From the IMG/VR virus record IMGVR_UViG_3300022833_000006: 34,750 nt of DNA, one strand, 5' to 3'. Positions 10,739 to 21,128 of this stretch are shown here, one piece after another (position 1 is the stretch's first letter; every line of letters starts with the position of its first letter). The notes under the pieces were generated by a model that saw only the letters and a program-made list of their open reading frames with translations, had not been told where the DNA came from and ran no database searches. The DNA is from an uncultured virus (IMG/VR IMGVR_UViG_3300022833_000006). Lineage: Duplodnaviria > Heunggongvirae > Uroviricota > Caudoviricetes > Crassvirales. The translations under genes were made by a program, and so were the position numbers.

Positions 10739-11489
10739 TTTCTATTCTATTTAATAATGTGTTAATAATTCCAATTGCAACAAATGGGTTAAATCTTTCT
10801 TCTGGGTGAGATTGTTCTGCAGCAATAGGTAATTCTTTGTGAATCATAAATTCTATATTTTTATGTTTGACATCATAAGCTAATGGTAAAAAATCATTAG
10901 ATAAATTGTCTATAAAAATAGCTTGATGATGTATAGAATTTGTTTTAAATTTTCGTGGAACATTATTTACATAATTTAATCTATCTTTTTTAGAAGAAAT
11001 AAGTATTTCACCTAAATAATCTTTTGGAAAATTATCAATAACTGTTTCTAAATCATCTACTAATTCACCTCTCCAAGTAGTAGATCTATCATTGTGAACA
11101 TGTTGATTTAAACTTCCACCAAAGTGGACATTTAAATTTTGAAAACCTGCACAAATACCATAAATTGCTGTTTTATTTTGTTTAGCACGTTCAATATACC
11201 CATTAATAGCACCAAGATTTACATCATAAAATGATTCATATTCCATATCAGGATTATCAGTCATATAATGTGGTTTTTGACCATATCGTAAAGGATTAAC
11301 GTCACGTCCACCTGGTAATATTAATAAATCTACTGGTAATATAGTTTCATTTGCAGCATCTATTATAACTACATCTGCATCAAAACTTCTTGCAAAGTGT
11401 ACGTAAGCTGCATTTTGACCATAACCTGGTTGATATTTACCAGTATGATTATGACCTAATATTCCAATTAACGTTTTTGTTTTTGACAT
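10719..11489 (-). CDS. Class I glutamine amidotransferase-like / peptidase C26 family (second copy)
   Basis: LPGGRDVNPLRYG, GICAGFQ.LNV.FGG, NSIHHQA, QSHPE. Confidence 0.9.
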   Translation of the reverse strand: MSKTKTLIGILGHNHTGKYQPGYGQNAAYVHFARSFDADVVIIDAANETILPVDLLILPGGRDVNPLRYGQKPHYMTDNPDMEYESFYDVNLGAINGYIERAKQNKTAIYGICAGFQNLNVHFGGSLNQHVHNDRSTTWRGELVDDLETVIDNFPKDYLGEILISSKKDRLNYVNNVPRKFKTNSIHHQAIFIDNLSNDFLPLAYDVKHKNIEFMIHKELPIAAEQSHPEERFNPFVAIGIINTLLNRIENEKRKN

Positions 11490-11491
11490 TT

Positions 11492-12376
11492 TTATTTATT
11501 TAAAGTTTTATATTTATTTTTAAGCATTACTGGTATATGTTTAATATAAGTTTCTTCTGTTATATCTCCAAATGATGGAGCAGAATTAATTTCTACAATA
11601 ATAAAATCTGGATTTTCATTAATATTACCATTTCTATCTGTAGAACTTTGTATTCTAAGATCAATTGCACCAAAATCTAAACCTGTTGAATTAAGAGCTT
11701 TTACGCATTCATCAATTATAGATTGCCAATTACTAGGCTTATCAAAAGCTTCGTTATTTTCAAGAATCCATACACAATTATCATCATTTCTATACCACTT
11801 ATTTTCTTCAGGAGTATCTCTTTTCATCATTTTACGACAAGTATAAAAACATCCATTTGCATCAACGTGAAGTCTATATTCTCTTGAGTAATTATAATAA
11901 CGTTCAAAAATGCGATTTTCTAAATTGACACCTGAACGTAAATAATTTCTAATTTCATCAATAGTTTTAAGTAAAGTATTACCTTGACCTCTACTACCAT
12001 ATAATGATTTAGCAACTAATGGTAATGGCATATCTTCTAAAGAAACTGTTATTATTTCAGCTTTTGTTTGCAATAAAAAATTATTATTATCATTACTACA
12101 TCTATACCAATCTGCTGATTTAACACTTGGTTGTGCGTTTTGAAAACAATTTTTCATGCGAAGTTTACTACTACTATTACGAATTGCATCAACAGTATTT
12201 AATTCTAATCTATCACCTCCATTTGCAATAGTGTCTTTACATTCAGTACTAGAACCTAATCTTACTACTGAACGAAATGGTAATAATTCAATTGTCTTAT
12301 TATTTCTTCTAAGATTAGTGTGAGAAGGATGCCTACTGTATATTACAGGACGAAATTTTGTATATTTATTTTTCAT
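11492..12376 (-). CDS. ATP-grasp ligase (RimK/YheC-like)
   Basis: PLVAK...GSRGQG, REYRLHV, GLDFGAID, IVEINSAPS. Confidence 0.9.
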   Translation of the reverse strand: MKNKYTKFRPVIYSRHPSHTNLRRNNKTIELLPFRSVVRLGSSTECKDTIANGGDRLELNTVDAIRNSSSKLRMKNCFQNAQPSVKSADWYRCSNDNNNFLLQTKAEIITVSLEDMPLPLVAKSLYGSRGQGNTLLKTIDEIRNYLRSGVNLENRIFERYYNYSREYRLHVDANGCFYTCRKMMKRDTPEENKWYRNDDNCVWILENNEAFDKPSNWQSIIDECVKALNSTGLDFGAIDLRIQSSTDRNGNINENPDFIIVEINSAPSFGDITEETYIKHIPVMLKNKYKTLNK

Positions 12377-12842
12377 TATATTTTTTATAATATTTGTTTA
12401 AATTTTCTAAATTTGCAAATTTGTGTTTAAAACCAGTTTGTTCAATTCTTTCCGCTGAATGCCATGATGTACTACCTATTCTTTTTAAAAAAGGAAAATT
12501 TTCATCTTTATCTGTTGACACACTACTATTAAAAACTATACCTGATACATGAAAACAATACCATAAATTAATAGCTGTTTCTTCACAATCAACTAAACTA
12601 AAAACTATACTTAAATAACGTTTCCAAGTTAAAGATGTATATTCAGTTTTAAGAATACAATAAACTTCATAAATAGTTCTATATTTACTTCTGCGACATT
12701 GAATTTCTGTAAATTTTTTATCGTTATAAGTATTAGGTCTATTTTTTAAAAGATCAATTATATAAGATTTAGCAGATTTTCTTCTTTTAGAACGAGAATA
12801 TATTAATTTAGTTTCTATAATCGGCATAATCTCCAGATTCAA
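12366..12842 (-). CDS. Hypothetical protein
   Basis: ORF track; overlaps both neighbours in the operon. Confidence 0.65.
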   Translation of the reverse strand: MNLEIMPIIETKLIYSRSKRRKSAKSYIIDLLKNRPNTYNDKKFTEIQCRRSKYRTIYEVYCILKTEYTSLTWKRYLSIVFSLVDCEETAINLWYCFHVSGIVFNSSVSTDKDENFPFLKRIGSTSWHSAERIEQTGFKHKFANLENLNKYYKKYNEK

Positions 12843-13194
12843 TTAATGTTTTACCTTCGTTTTCACCAAAGTAAATAGAAGCTTTTACATCTTCTCCTGT
12901 ATCAAGAGTTATTTCAATAGGTGTTCTTTTATACCAAGAACCTTCATGATCTCTAGGATCATAACCTTCTAATCTATCTACTGTAGGTAATTGATCAGGT
13001 GTAACTGAATAAACTTCTACTCTAATTTTACTAACTTGCTCGTTAGGATTAACAAAAGGAATACCATTTGCTGTCAATTTATATTTATTTTTAGTCCATC
13101 CAGCACCAATTAATTTTGAATTACCCAATACTCTGTGATTTCCATAACCAGTTCTTAATGTTCCGTAAACACTAATGTTTATATTTTTACTCAT
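12808..13194 (-). CDS. Gamma-glutamylcyclotransferase (AIG2-like)
   Basis: VYGTLRTGYGNH, EVY.V, DRLEGY, Y.R, SGDY. Confidence 0.92.
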   Translation of the reverse strand: MSKNINISVYGTLRTGYGNHRVLGNSKLIGAGWTKNKYKLTANGIPFVNPNEQVSKIRVEVYSVTPDQLPTVDRLEGYDPRDHEGSWYKRTPIEITLDTGEDVKASIYFGENEGKTLIESGDYADYRN

Positions 13195-14224
13195 CTTTTT
13201 TATTTATTTTAGAATTTAATATTTCTTTTGCTAAATCTTTACCATGATTATTAACTAAATCAGAAAAATCCTTAGATTTATATTCTTTATTTATTACTAT
13301 ATTAGTAATCATATGATTTCTAGATATTTCTTTGGCGTTTATTTGACCCCAGTTTTCTTTTTTATCATAATCATTATCAAATAATATAAAAATTTTAGTA
13401 AATCTACCTTTTAATTGTTCAATTATATTATCTTTTGGTTTAGCTTTTTCATTTTGTAAAGCTATTGCATCATAACCTGTTGTACTTTTTATAGACATTA
13501 CATCTTTAAGTGATTTTGTTATGATTAAAATGTTACCATTTAAAGAAAGTTGTTCCCAACCTTGCCATACTGAATTATCATTGTCTGTTATCCATTTAAA
13601 TTTACTATAAGGTTGATATATCTTATGTGTTATTAAACCATCTTTACTTTCTATATAAACATATGCATTTTTATCTGCTGCTATAGGTTTATTATTTATA
13701 AAAATATATTTTAATGGAAAAACTCTGTATTTTATTAACATAACTTTATTTATGTTAAATTTATTCCAATAATTTAAATCGTGAACTTCCCAAATTCTTT
13801 TGTTTACTGATATTTTACATTTCTTTTTTTTAAGTATTTGTATGTTAGCGTCATACTTTACTTTATTTTTATTTTCATTGTTTAATAAATTATTACTACA
13901 TTTGTACTTTTTATCTAAATTAAAATCAATTGCAATTTGACTGTAAACATCATACCATTGTGAATATGCAAAAAATTCTTTTACGAATTTATAACAATCA
14001 CCACCTCCATTTACAAAATCATTATATATAATATTACCTCTTTTATTTAAAAAAAAACCAAACGATGGTGTTGGATCTTCTCTTAGAGGTGAACTCATAG
14101 CTGAATTTAAGTTAATACTATCAGTATTCATGTAAAAACAATATATTTCACTGTCTTTTAATTCTATATCTAATACCGCTTTAGTTACTAATGGTTTAGA
14201 TACGTGTTTATTTAAATCTACCAT
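13187..14224 (-). CDS. dnaG: DNA primase (TOPRIM, crAss-like type)
   Basis: SPLREDPTPSF N-terminal region, KIYQP, ITKSLKDVM, FDND, KDFSD. Confidence 0.85.
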   Translation of the reverse strand: MVDLNKHVSKPLVTKAVLDIELKDSEIYCFYMNTDSINLNSAMSSPLREDPTPSFGFFLNKRGNIIYNDFVNGGGDCYKFVKEFFAYSQWYDVYSQIAIDFNLDKKYKCSNNLLNNENKNKVKYDANIQILKKKKCKISVNKRIWEVHDLNYWNKFNINKVMLIKYRVFPLKYIFINNKPIAADKNAYVYIESKDGLITHKIYQPYSKFKWITDNDNSVWQGWEQLSLNGNILIITKSLKDVMSIKSTTGYDAIALQNEKAKPKDNIIEQLKGRFTKIFILFDNDYDKKENWGQINAKEISRNHMITNIVINKEYKSKDFSDLVNNHGKDLAKEILNSKINKKDE

Positions 14225-14237
14225 TTTTGTTTTTAAT

Positions 14238-14260
14238 AAAAAAGAGGGGTTTCCCCCTCT
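14238..14260 (-). terminator. Rho-independent terminator after the SSB-like gene
   Basis: Minus strand AGAGGGG-GAAA-CCCCTCT followed by a T run. Confidence 0.88.
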
Positions 14261-14274
14261 ATATTTATGACCTA

Positions 14275-14886
14275 CTAGAAAAAATCATTACTAGCTTCGT
14301 CTTTAGAGTCAGTAGACTCTGTGTCAAAAGCATCGTCATCATTATCTGGCTGAGGTCTAGACATTAAGTCATTATACATTAACTTATTTGCGTCTGTGCT
14401 TTTAGCTGGTTTTAATCTAGTTGTATTTTCATCTTTGTTAAAAGGTTCTACAAAATTAATTTTTCTAACAGTTAAAAAACTCTTAGGATAACCTTGTGTT
14501 CCATAATTAACAAATACATTTACTTTATGTCCTTTTTTACCTGCTTCGTTAATTTTCTTCATTAGAAAATCTACAGCTGCTGGGTAATTAGGAAGAGTTG
14601 GTAAAGCTACACCTATAGATTCTGCATCTACAGCGTGTAACGTTGTAACAAGCCTTTGTAATACAAAAGCTGGGTTGTTATCTGAATCTTGAGGGTAATA
14701 AATACCATCGTTTACATCAGAACCATTTTCTTGTGTGTAATGTATTTTATAATCAGGTGCATTGGCATTGTCTTCTGCACTTTTTTTCTTAACAGAAATT
14801 GCTACATTATTTACTTTACCTGCATTACCTTCGTTAAAAATTACTACATCAGAACCATTGTCTGAAAAACTATTTAAATCAATCAT
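14275..14886 (-). CDS. Putative single-stranded DNA-binding protein
   Basis: Acidic tail ending NDFF; position between Sak4-like ATPase and primase. Confidence 0.6.
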   Translation of the reverse strand: MIDLNSFSDNGSDVVIFNEGNAGKVNNVAISVKKKSAEDNANAPDYKIHYTQENGSDVNDGIYYPQDSDNNPAFVLQRLVTTLHAVDAESIGVALPTLPNYPAAVDFLMKKINEAGKKGHKVNVFVNYGTQGYPKSFLTVRKINFVEPFNKDENTTRLKPAKSTDANKLMYNDLMSRPQPDNDDDAFDTESTDSKDEASNDFF

Positions 14887-14904
14887 TATTTTTATATATA
14901 TAAA

Positions 14905-14927
14905 TTAAGTTGACATTGTTGACTTAT
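14905..14927 (-). promoter_or_regulatory. 23-nt repeated leader motif, copy 1
   Basis: Plus strand TTAAGTTGACATTGTTGACTTAT; 22/23 identical to 15636-15658 and at nearly the same distance from the ATG. Confidence 0.65.
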
Positions 14928-14943
14928 ACATACAAACTAATAA

Positions 14944-15618
14944 TTACTCATAATAGTCTCTAATTACTTTATTTACTTCTACAAGATCATTTTCAACATG
15001 TTCTTCTTGAAACATATCCATTGGTGTCTTGCAAGTATCTGTAGCATCGTTTTGTGTTCTAAACAAATATCTAGCTGGTTTTCCTGGCTCTTTTTTTACA
15101 TCTGTAAATAACACCATACTACTAAAGCTTTCAGGGCTTAATTTAGCTAATTGCTTACCTTGAACTGCAATTCTTTGATTTAAGGTTCCCATATCATCAT
15201 ATATTTTTTCTGGATGACAAAAAAAATAAACAATAATGTCGTCACGCATGGTATCATTAACAAAATTAATCAATTTGTATTGATTTCTTGCCATGTTAGC
15301 CCATGCTTGCATACCATTCTTAGCATTGTTAAATTCATTGCTCATGACAGAATCTGTCATAATACGAGACCATGTATCTACAATTACAGTTTTAATGCTT
15401 TCATTAGCGTTAGCTTCAGAAAGTGATTTAACCACATCTTTTATATTACTAGACTGCATATAATTTCCTTTTTCTTGATTATAAACGTCTTTGTACTTTC
15501 TAAAAGGTAGTGCTTTTTGATCCGTATTAATGATTACGGTTTCATCAGGATTTAATTTCCTGAGACTTGTTGATTTACCAGTACCTGATTCACCAACTAT
15601 AAATACTAAATGTGCCAT
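14944..15618 (-). CDS. AAA_24 / Sak4-like P-loop ATPase (recombination)
   Basis: Walker A GESGTGKSTS, KALPF, Walker B VIVD, TCKTPMDMF, ENDL. Confidence 0.85.
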   Translation of the reverse strand: MAHLVFIVGESGTGKSTSLRKLNPDETVIINTDQKALPFRKYKDVYNQEKGNYMQSSNIKDVVKSLSEANANESIKTVIVDTWSRIMTDSVMSNEFNNAKNGMQAWANMARNQYKLINFVNDTMRDDIIVYFFCHPEKIYDDMGTLNQRIAVQGKQLAKLSPESFSSMVLFTDVKKEPGKPARYLFRTQNDATDTCKTPMDMFQEEHVENDLVEVNKVIRDYYE

Positions 15619-15635
15619 ATATTTAAATTAATAAG

Positions 15636-15658
15636 TTAAGTTGACACTGTTGACTTAT
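15636..15658 (-). promoter_or_regulatory. 23-nt repeated leader motif, copy 2
   Basis: Plus strand TTAAGTTGACACTGTTGACTTAT upstream of the ATPase ATG. Confidence 0.65.
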
Positions 15659-15662
15659 TTAA

Positions 15663-15797
15663 TTAAATAGTTCTAAATCTACGTTTAGCATTCCAAAATA
15701 CTCTTTTACTGTTTCCAACAATAGAATATTTACTTACTTTTTCATTTAAAGTATCTCTTACAGTGTTTAATTGACTGCTATTTTTATTTTGATTCAT
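15663..15797 (-). CDS. Small hypothetical protein (44 aa)
   Basis: MNQNKNSSQLNTVRDTLNEKVSKYSIVGNSKRVFWNAKRRFRTI; manual translation only. Confidence 0.45.
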   Translation of the reverse strand: MNQNKNSSQLNTVRDTLNEKVSKYSIVGNSKRVFWNAKRRFRTI

Positions 15798-15815
15798 TAT
15801 TCTAAAATTAATTTA

Positions 15816-15823
15816 CAAATATA
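15816..15823 (-). promoter_or_regulatory. Possible Bacteroidota -7 promoter element
   Basis: Minus strand TATATTTG matches TAnnTTTG; no clear TTG at -33. Confidence 0.35.
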
Positions 15824-15914
15824 AAAAGAAACTGTTAAAGATGTTAAAAACATTATAATAAGAATACTACTTAAAAGTATAATTTCTAAAAATGTTAATC
15901 TATTTTTTTTCATA

Positions 15915-16994
15915 TTATTTGTTATAAGCTAGCATTTCTGCTTTTATAGATGGGTATGATTCGTAATCTAATAACATAAGATCTTTAATTTCTATATTAT
16001 TATTATTAATATATTTTAATCCATCTATTAATTCAGCTTGTGCTTTAGTACTAATAGTTAAATCACAATTATTATATTTATTAACATCTCTAGATAACTG
16101 TTCTTTAACAGCATCTATATGTGCTTCATAAATATGTACATTAGACAAATCTCCAATAATACCTTTAGGTATCATATTAGTCATTTTACCAATTAGCTTT
16201 GCTAATAATGCATAACTTGCAATATTAAAAGGTAAACCTAAGAATGTATCAACTGAACGTTGATGCCATTTTAAAGTAAATTGGTATTTAGGTGTATCTA
16301 AAGAATTATAATATTCCATATCTAATTCTTTACTACATTTGCCATTTTTAATAGCTTTTACATTTAATTTTTGTTTAATATGATCAGAAGGTTTAACTAA
16401 ACCAGTTCTTTCAAACCAATTTAAAGGTTCAACTAATATTTCAAAACTCCAATGACAAGGTGGTAAAGCCATATCATCTAACTCAGCAGGATTCCAAGCT
16501 GTAACTATGTGCTTTGTACCCATAGGTGTTTCTTTTAATCCTTTTATAAGATTGGATATTTGATCTAAACCTCCTGGATTATTATCTGAAATAAACCAAT
16601 TTCTCCATTGAGCACCATATACTCTACCTAAATCTAAATTCCAACTGTCTGGGTTTTTAAATATTTCTTTAATAGTTGGAGTTTCCCCTTCAGATATAGA
16701 ATAATTTTTAATTAACCAGTTATAAGCATCTTTATTCCAAATATTAATACCATTATCTACAAGATATTTAATATTAGTATCACCACGTAAAAACCATAAT
16801 AATTCTCCAACAACTCCTTTCCAATATAACTTTTTAGTAGTTATTGCGGGAAAACCATCATCAAAATTGTGTACCAACGTGTAACTTGGTATCTGATACC
16901 TAAATACATTCTTGCGATTAGGATCTTCATATCTGAAACCTTCATTTCTTATTTTTTGCAATAATTTGTGATATTCAATATCTATTTTTGCCAT
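15915..16994 (-). CDS. thyA: Thymidylate synthase
   Basis: FPAITTKK, ELLWFLRG, LGRVYGAQWR, AWNP, LPPCH, QRSVDTFLGLPFNIASY, HIY. Confidence 0.97.
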   Translation of the reverse strand: MAKIDIEYHKLLQKIRNEGFRYEDPNRKNVFRYQIPSYTLVHNFDDGFPAITTKKLYWKGVVGELLWFLRGDTNIKYLVDNGINIWNKDAYNWLIKNYSISEGETPTIKEIFKNPDSWNLDLGRVYGAQWRNWFISDNNPGGLDQISNLIKGLKETPMGTKHIVTAWNPAELDDMALPPCHWSFEILVEPLNWFERTGLVKPSDHIKQKLNVKAIKNGKCSKELDMEYYNSLDTPKYQFTLKWHQRSVDTFLGLPFNIASYALLAKLIGKMTNMIPKGIIGDLSNVHIYEAHIDAVKEQLSRDVNKYNNCDLTISTKAQAELIDGLKYINNNNIEIKDLMLLDYESYPSIKAEMLAYNK

Positions 16995-17000
16995 TTGTTT

Positions 17001-17393
17001 TTATTTTAATAATTCTTCTAGTTTTTCAAGTTCAACTTTCATTCCTTGACATATTTCATAACTTTCTTTTTCAGAATAATGTCTAATTTGTCTTTTTAAA
17101 TAATTTACTCTTGATAATATATTCATATCACCAACAATCATTTTTTTTCTTTCATTAAAAACACTTGAAGCAACTGTTACTTGTTCTTTGTAATTAAGAC
17201 TACCATCAAAAGCACTGTATTCTCTAGTTATTATAGTAACTGGAATGTCGTCGTCATCATTTTCTGTAATAGTATGTCTTATACTACCTTTTTCAAGTAT
17301 ATTATCATTATTTTGAAAAAAACTTTCAGTTGTTTTTTCATTTTCAATACTAGTTGTATTAAACACTTTTCCTAATAATTCTTTTGTAAACAT
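17001..17393 (-). CDS. Hypothetical protein with UVR (UvrB/C)-like C-terminal motif
   Basis: LKRQIRHYSEKESYEICQGMKVELEKL resembles the UVR coiled-coil. Confidence 0.55.
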   Translation of the reverse strand: MFTKELLGKVFNTTSIENEKTTESFFQNNDNILEKGSIRHTITENDDDDIPVTIITREYSAFDGSLNYKEQVTVASSVFNERKKMIVGDMNILSRVNYLKRQIRHYSEKESYEICQGMKVELEKLEELLK

Positions 17394-17458
17394 ATCAATC
17401 TCTAGTTGTTATAGTTGAAATTATTTTTAATAATCTTCATAATTCCATTCTTTATTAT

Positions 17459-18589
17459 TTATTCTCTAATTTTGTTAAGCATATTATATACTGATTTTAT
17501 TCCTTTTTCATCATTAGTTAAAGGTAATTCTTTAAAAAAATCAACTGCACCATCAAAATACAAAGGGCAAACAGTGTTACCACCACCATCTCTACATGCT
17601 AAAATTTCTAAAAATCTTATATTGTCTTTGAATTTTTCAATGTTATAGCCGTCTTTTTCAGGATATTTTCTTATACCATGTCTGTAAGGACTAAATAAAC
17701 CTAATGCTAAATCTACATCTCTACTAGTTAACTTATTATCAGCTATATCTACTAAACTAGGTTTTAACCTGTTAGCTTTCATATTATCAAGAGATTCTGA
17801 AGCTGCGGATTGTTGCTGCACAATAACTGGACTATAATTATATCTATTTCTAAGTTGTATAAAATATTTAGAAGAAAGATCTGATATTTCTTGATGTAAA
17901 GTACTACCTTTTTTTGGATATAAAAGAGATATGTGATCAACTATTATAATAACATACTCGTCAGGTCTATCTGCTTTGTAATAATCAAATACTTCATGAT
18001 CTTTAGATTCACCTGTTTTATTATCTTTAAAAGTAACTGTTTTATAATAAGTAGTACCATTAGCCTTAGCGTAATCATCCATATACCTCATTATACCGTA
18101 AGCATGTTTAATGTTGTCTATAAATGTTACAGTTTTATTAAAAAATTCAAAATATTCATTTTGTTTTTCTATTTCTAACAGTATTTCTTCACTAACAGCA
18201 CCACGAGTAGATTGTAATTTAACAGGATCTATTCTTATATTACCTTTTGATGTAGTAAAAAGCCTATTACAAGCAGCCTGTGTCATTTTTTGACGTTCAG
18301 ACATTTCTAATGTAAAATACACTATTTTTAATGTAATAGGACTTTCAGGATTTTGTAACTTTCATTTAATAGGATTATACATATACAAATTATCTGTAAC
18401 TTTTGTTTTACCAACTTTAGTACTAGCTGTAACAAGAGTCATTTTACCTTGTTGTATACCAGGAACCACTTCTTCAAAACGAGGTAGTCCAAAGGGTATA
18501 CAATTTGCTTTTCCAGATATTATATTTTCTCTTCTATTTCATAAATGTTTTTTTAATCTACCATAATTGTCTAATTCTTCTTTTTGCAT
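17459..18589 (-). CDS. dnaB: Replicative DnaB-like helicase; true start 18589, two in-frame TGA=Trp
   Basis: Extension MQKEELDNYGRLKKHL*NRRENIISGKANCIPFGLPRF...TASTKVGKT...NPIK*KLQ supplies Walker A; YFTLEMS, IIVDHISLL, VQQQ follow. TGA at 18541-18539 and 18364-18362. Confidence 0.92.
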
Positions 18590-18619
18590 TTAAATTAATT
18601 GTTAATTAAGTTTTTAAAA

Positions 18620-19321
18620 TTATTCAAGTACATCTTCAAAATCATCATTTTCTTCAACCATATCAAAATCTTCTTCATCTTCTTCATCTAAATCTTGTTC
18701 TAAATTAAAAACATAAACAATGATTTCATTACCACTATTAGGATTATCCATTCTAGAAGAGCTAACATTAAAAGTTGATATAATTTCATCCATATTTTCA
18801 AAACCTTGACAATTAGTATTTGTAGATGCTATTGCACCACCTACAGTAATAGTGTCTAAAAATTCAGTTAACATTAATAAATATAATCTATTAGTTAAAG
18901 CAATTTTTTCAGCTTGAGTTAACTCTAAAACACCAACATTGTCAGAAATTCCTCTATATATATTTGTAATTCCACTAAATGAAGTTAAACCGCAACTTAT
19001 ATCACAAGCATGTGTATTAAATATACCTTTATGAATATTAGCAGTTTGACCTTGAAAAATTTCAACAACAAAAGAACCATTAACATTATTAATATTATGT
19101 AAAATATGTTCAATTGTATTTTTAACAGGTGCAGGCGGTGCTACTGGAATCACTTCTTCTATTACATCTTCAAATATGTTTGTACCATATCTACCTACAA
19201 TATTACGATCATTTATTAAATTATAACGGTTTCCGTTATTAACATCAACTGTTGCTTCGTATTCTTTGTTTAATGTAAGATTATAATTGTTTTCTCTTAC
19301 GCATTTTACTAATTTTGACAT
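18620..19321 (-). CDS. Hypothetical protein with acidic tail
   Basis: ORF track, 233 aa; ISCG and NPNSGNEI motifs; D/E-rich C-terminus. Confidence 0.75.
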   Translation of the reverse strand: MSKLVKCVRENNYNLTLNKEYEATVDVNNGNRYNLINDRNIVGRYGTNIFEDVIEEVIPVAPPAPVKNTIEHILHNINNVNGSFVVEIFQGQTANIHKGIFNTHACDISCGLTSFSGITNIYRGISDNVGVLELTQAEKIALTNRLYLLMLTEFLDTITVGGAIASTNTNCQGFENMDEIISTFNVSSSRMDNPNSGNEIIVYVFNLEQDLDEEDEEDFDMVEENDDFEDVLE

Positions 19322-19325
19322 TTTT

Positions 19326-20168
19326 TTAATTTTTAAGTTTTATTGATTCTTTTCTATCTTTTTGATATATTTTTTCAAAAGCTGCAATATCATACTTTTT
19401 AATTTCCCAAAATTCTTTATTAAGAGCAAAAAAAATTGAATTATTTTTTTGTGCTACTTCATATTCTAATAATGAAAAATGAGAAATACTATTTTTAGTA
19501 TCTACATGATATATATTTGTATTAACAGATAAAATTTTTAAAATTTCTTTTTTAGTATTACCTCTGTAAAACCAAATTCTTGATAACTTAAGAACTTTTG
19601 ATTTAATATTATAATACGTTTCATACCCTCTTGAATCAGGAAAAAAAGATCTAGAATGAACTTTACCATTAATTAACAATTCAGGTCTACACATATTTAA
19701 TATTGAATTATACCTGCTTATAAAAAACAAACAATATATGAAATTTTTTCTTTTTGAACTACTATAATCCATAGCATCTTGAATAAATTTTCTACCAGTA
19801 GCTCCATATAAACATCTTATTGTTCTTAAAACTAATATTCTTTGAGCTATAGTTTTAGTTGTAATTTCAATAAAACCATCTTCATCTACTGTTTTAGAAT
19901 AAGAACATATATCTTTTAAACGATCAAGTAAATTTTTTAATATTACAAAATCTTCTAAATTATAATTAACTTGTCCATTTATTAATTTAATGTAACATGA
20001 ATAAGAATTTAAATTTTTATCTTGTGATCTAAAAAATAAACCATCCCAGCAAACAGAATTTCTTAATTTGTCTTTTTCTGTTATAATAACAGGATAAGTA
20101 ATACTATGTTTAAAAGTTCGACAATTAATTTGTTCTGGTAATTCTTTAATTTGTTTTTTAGTTTGCAT
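19326..20168 (-). CDS. Hypothetical protein
   Basis: ORF track, 280 aa, operon orientation. Confidence 0.7.
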   Translation of the reverse strand: MQTKKQIKELPEQINCRTFKHSITYPVIITEKDKLRNSVCWDGLFFRSQDKNLNSYSCYIKLINGQVNYNLEDFVILKNLLDRLKDICSYSKTVDEDGFIEITTKTIAQRILVLRTIRCLYGATGRKFIQDAMDYSSSKRKNFIYCLFFISRYNSILNMCRPELLINGKVHSRSFFPDSRGYETYYNIKSKVLKLSRIWFYRGNTKKEILKILSVNTNIYHVDTKNSISHFSLLEYEVAQKNNSIFFALNKEFWEIKKYDIAAFEKIYQKDRKESIKLKN

Positions 20169-20174
20169 TTTATG

Positions 20175-20348
20175 CTATTTTATTTTATTAATAATGTATA
20201 TTTCTGGTCTTACCAATGTTTTTTTATTAATGTTCATTTTTTTATGAACTTTTTTTCTAATATCAATAAATTGATCTTTTTCATTAATTTCTTCTGAACC
20301 AATTGTATTTAATTCTCCGTTAATTGAAACTTTCCATTTTGTACTCAT
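20175..20348 (-). CDS. Small hypothetical protein (57 aa)
   Basis: MSTKWKVSINGELNTIGSEE...; fills the gap. Confidence 0.6.
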   Translation of the reverse strand: MSTKWKVSINGELNTIGSEEINEKDQFIDIRKKVHKKMNINKKTLVRPEIYIINKIK

Positions 20349-20358
20349 TTTTTTGTAA

Positions 20359-20946
20359 TTATTTTAATTCTGTTGTCCAATCTGAATTTTCTGGTTCTTT
20401 TTTAGATTGCTCTACCCATATTTCCAAATTAGAAGTTTCTTCTCCTTTGTAATTCTGTTTGTATATAAAATAATCTGCTCTTTGTATGAATTTAAAATTA
20501 CCATTGAAATTTTCAATATACATTTCAGTTGCATTTATTAATTCATCAAAAGTTACGTCTGGATTTGAATCCATAAACCTTTGTAATTTTTTTCTAGTAG
20601 AAAGACCTGAACCCATTGAACCAACTTTTATATCTTTAAATAAAGATCTATATGTTTTTAATTGATTATCTAATTCTTCTTCTTTTCTACTATCTTCTTT
20701 TATTTTGACAAATACTTTAATAACTTTCTTACCTTTATCTCTAAGATACAATCCTTTTGAATCAGATATTAAATACTGTTTTTCAATAAGGTCATTAATG
20801 TAAGCTTTGTTCATGTCATAATCAAAATAAATTTTATTTGAGCTTAAATATATTTTTATAATACACATTAATTGATTAATATTTATATCAAGTAACTTAA
20901 TGTCTTTAAAATTAAATGATAAATTTTCTATATCTCATAATTTCAT
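20359..20946 (-). CDS. Hypothetical replication-module protein (possible initiator/loader); probable start 20946 with TGA=Trp at codon 4
   Basis: In-frame extension MKL*DIENLSFNFKDIKLLDININQL to the track ORF; TGA at 20937-20935. Function inferred from position only. Confidence 0.65.
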
Positions 20947-20975
20947 TTTAATATTTTCATTAATTTTGTTTAGAT

Positions 20976-21128
20976 TTAATAATCCATATCTGTTTTGTCT
21001 ATAAACAAATTGTTATCTATTAAACCTTCATCATCACAAATATTACAATTAATATGTACAAAACCACCTTTGTTAGCTTTTTCTTTCATATATTGTTTTT
21101 CTCCTAAGCATATATTACATAGTTCCAT
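20976..21128 (-). CDS. Small zinc-finger protein (50 aa)
   Basis: MELCNICLGEK...INCNICDDEG; two CxxC motifs. Confidence 0.7.
   Translation of the reverse strand: MELCNICLGEKQYMKEKANKGGFVHINCNICDDEGLIDNNLFIDKTDMDY

Noticed and set aside
15797..15913. 38-aa hydrophobic ORF
   Set aside because: It could be real, but it is short, AT-rich and overlaps a promoter-like element; support is too weak.
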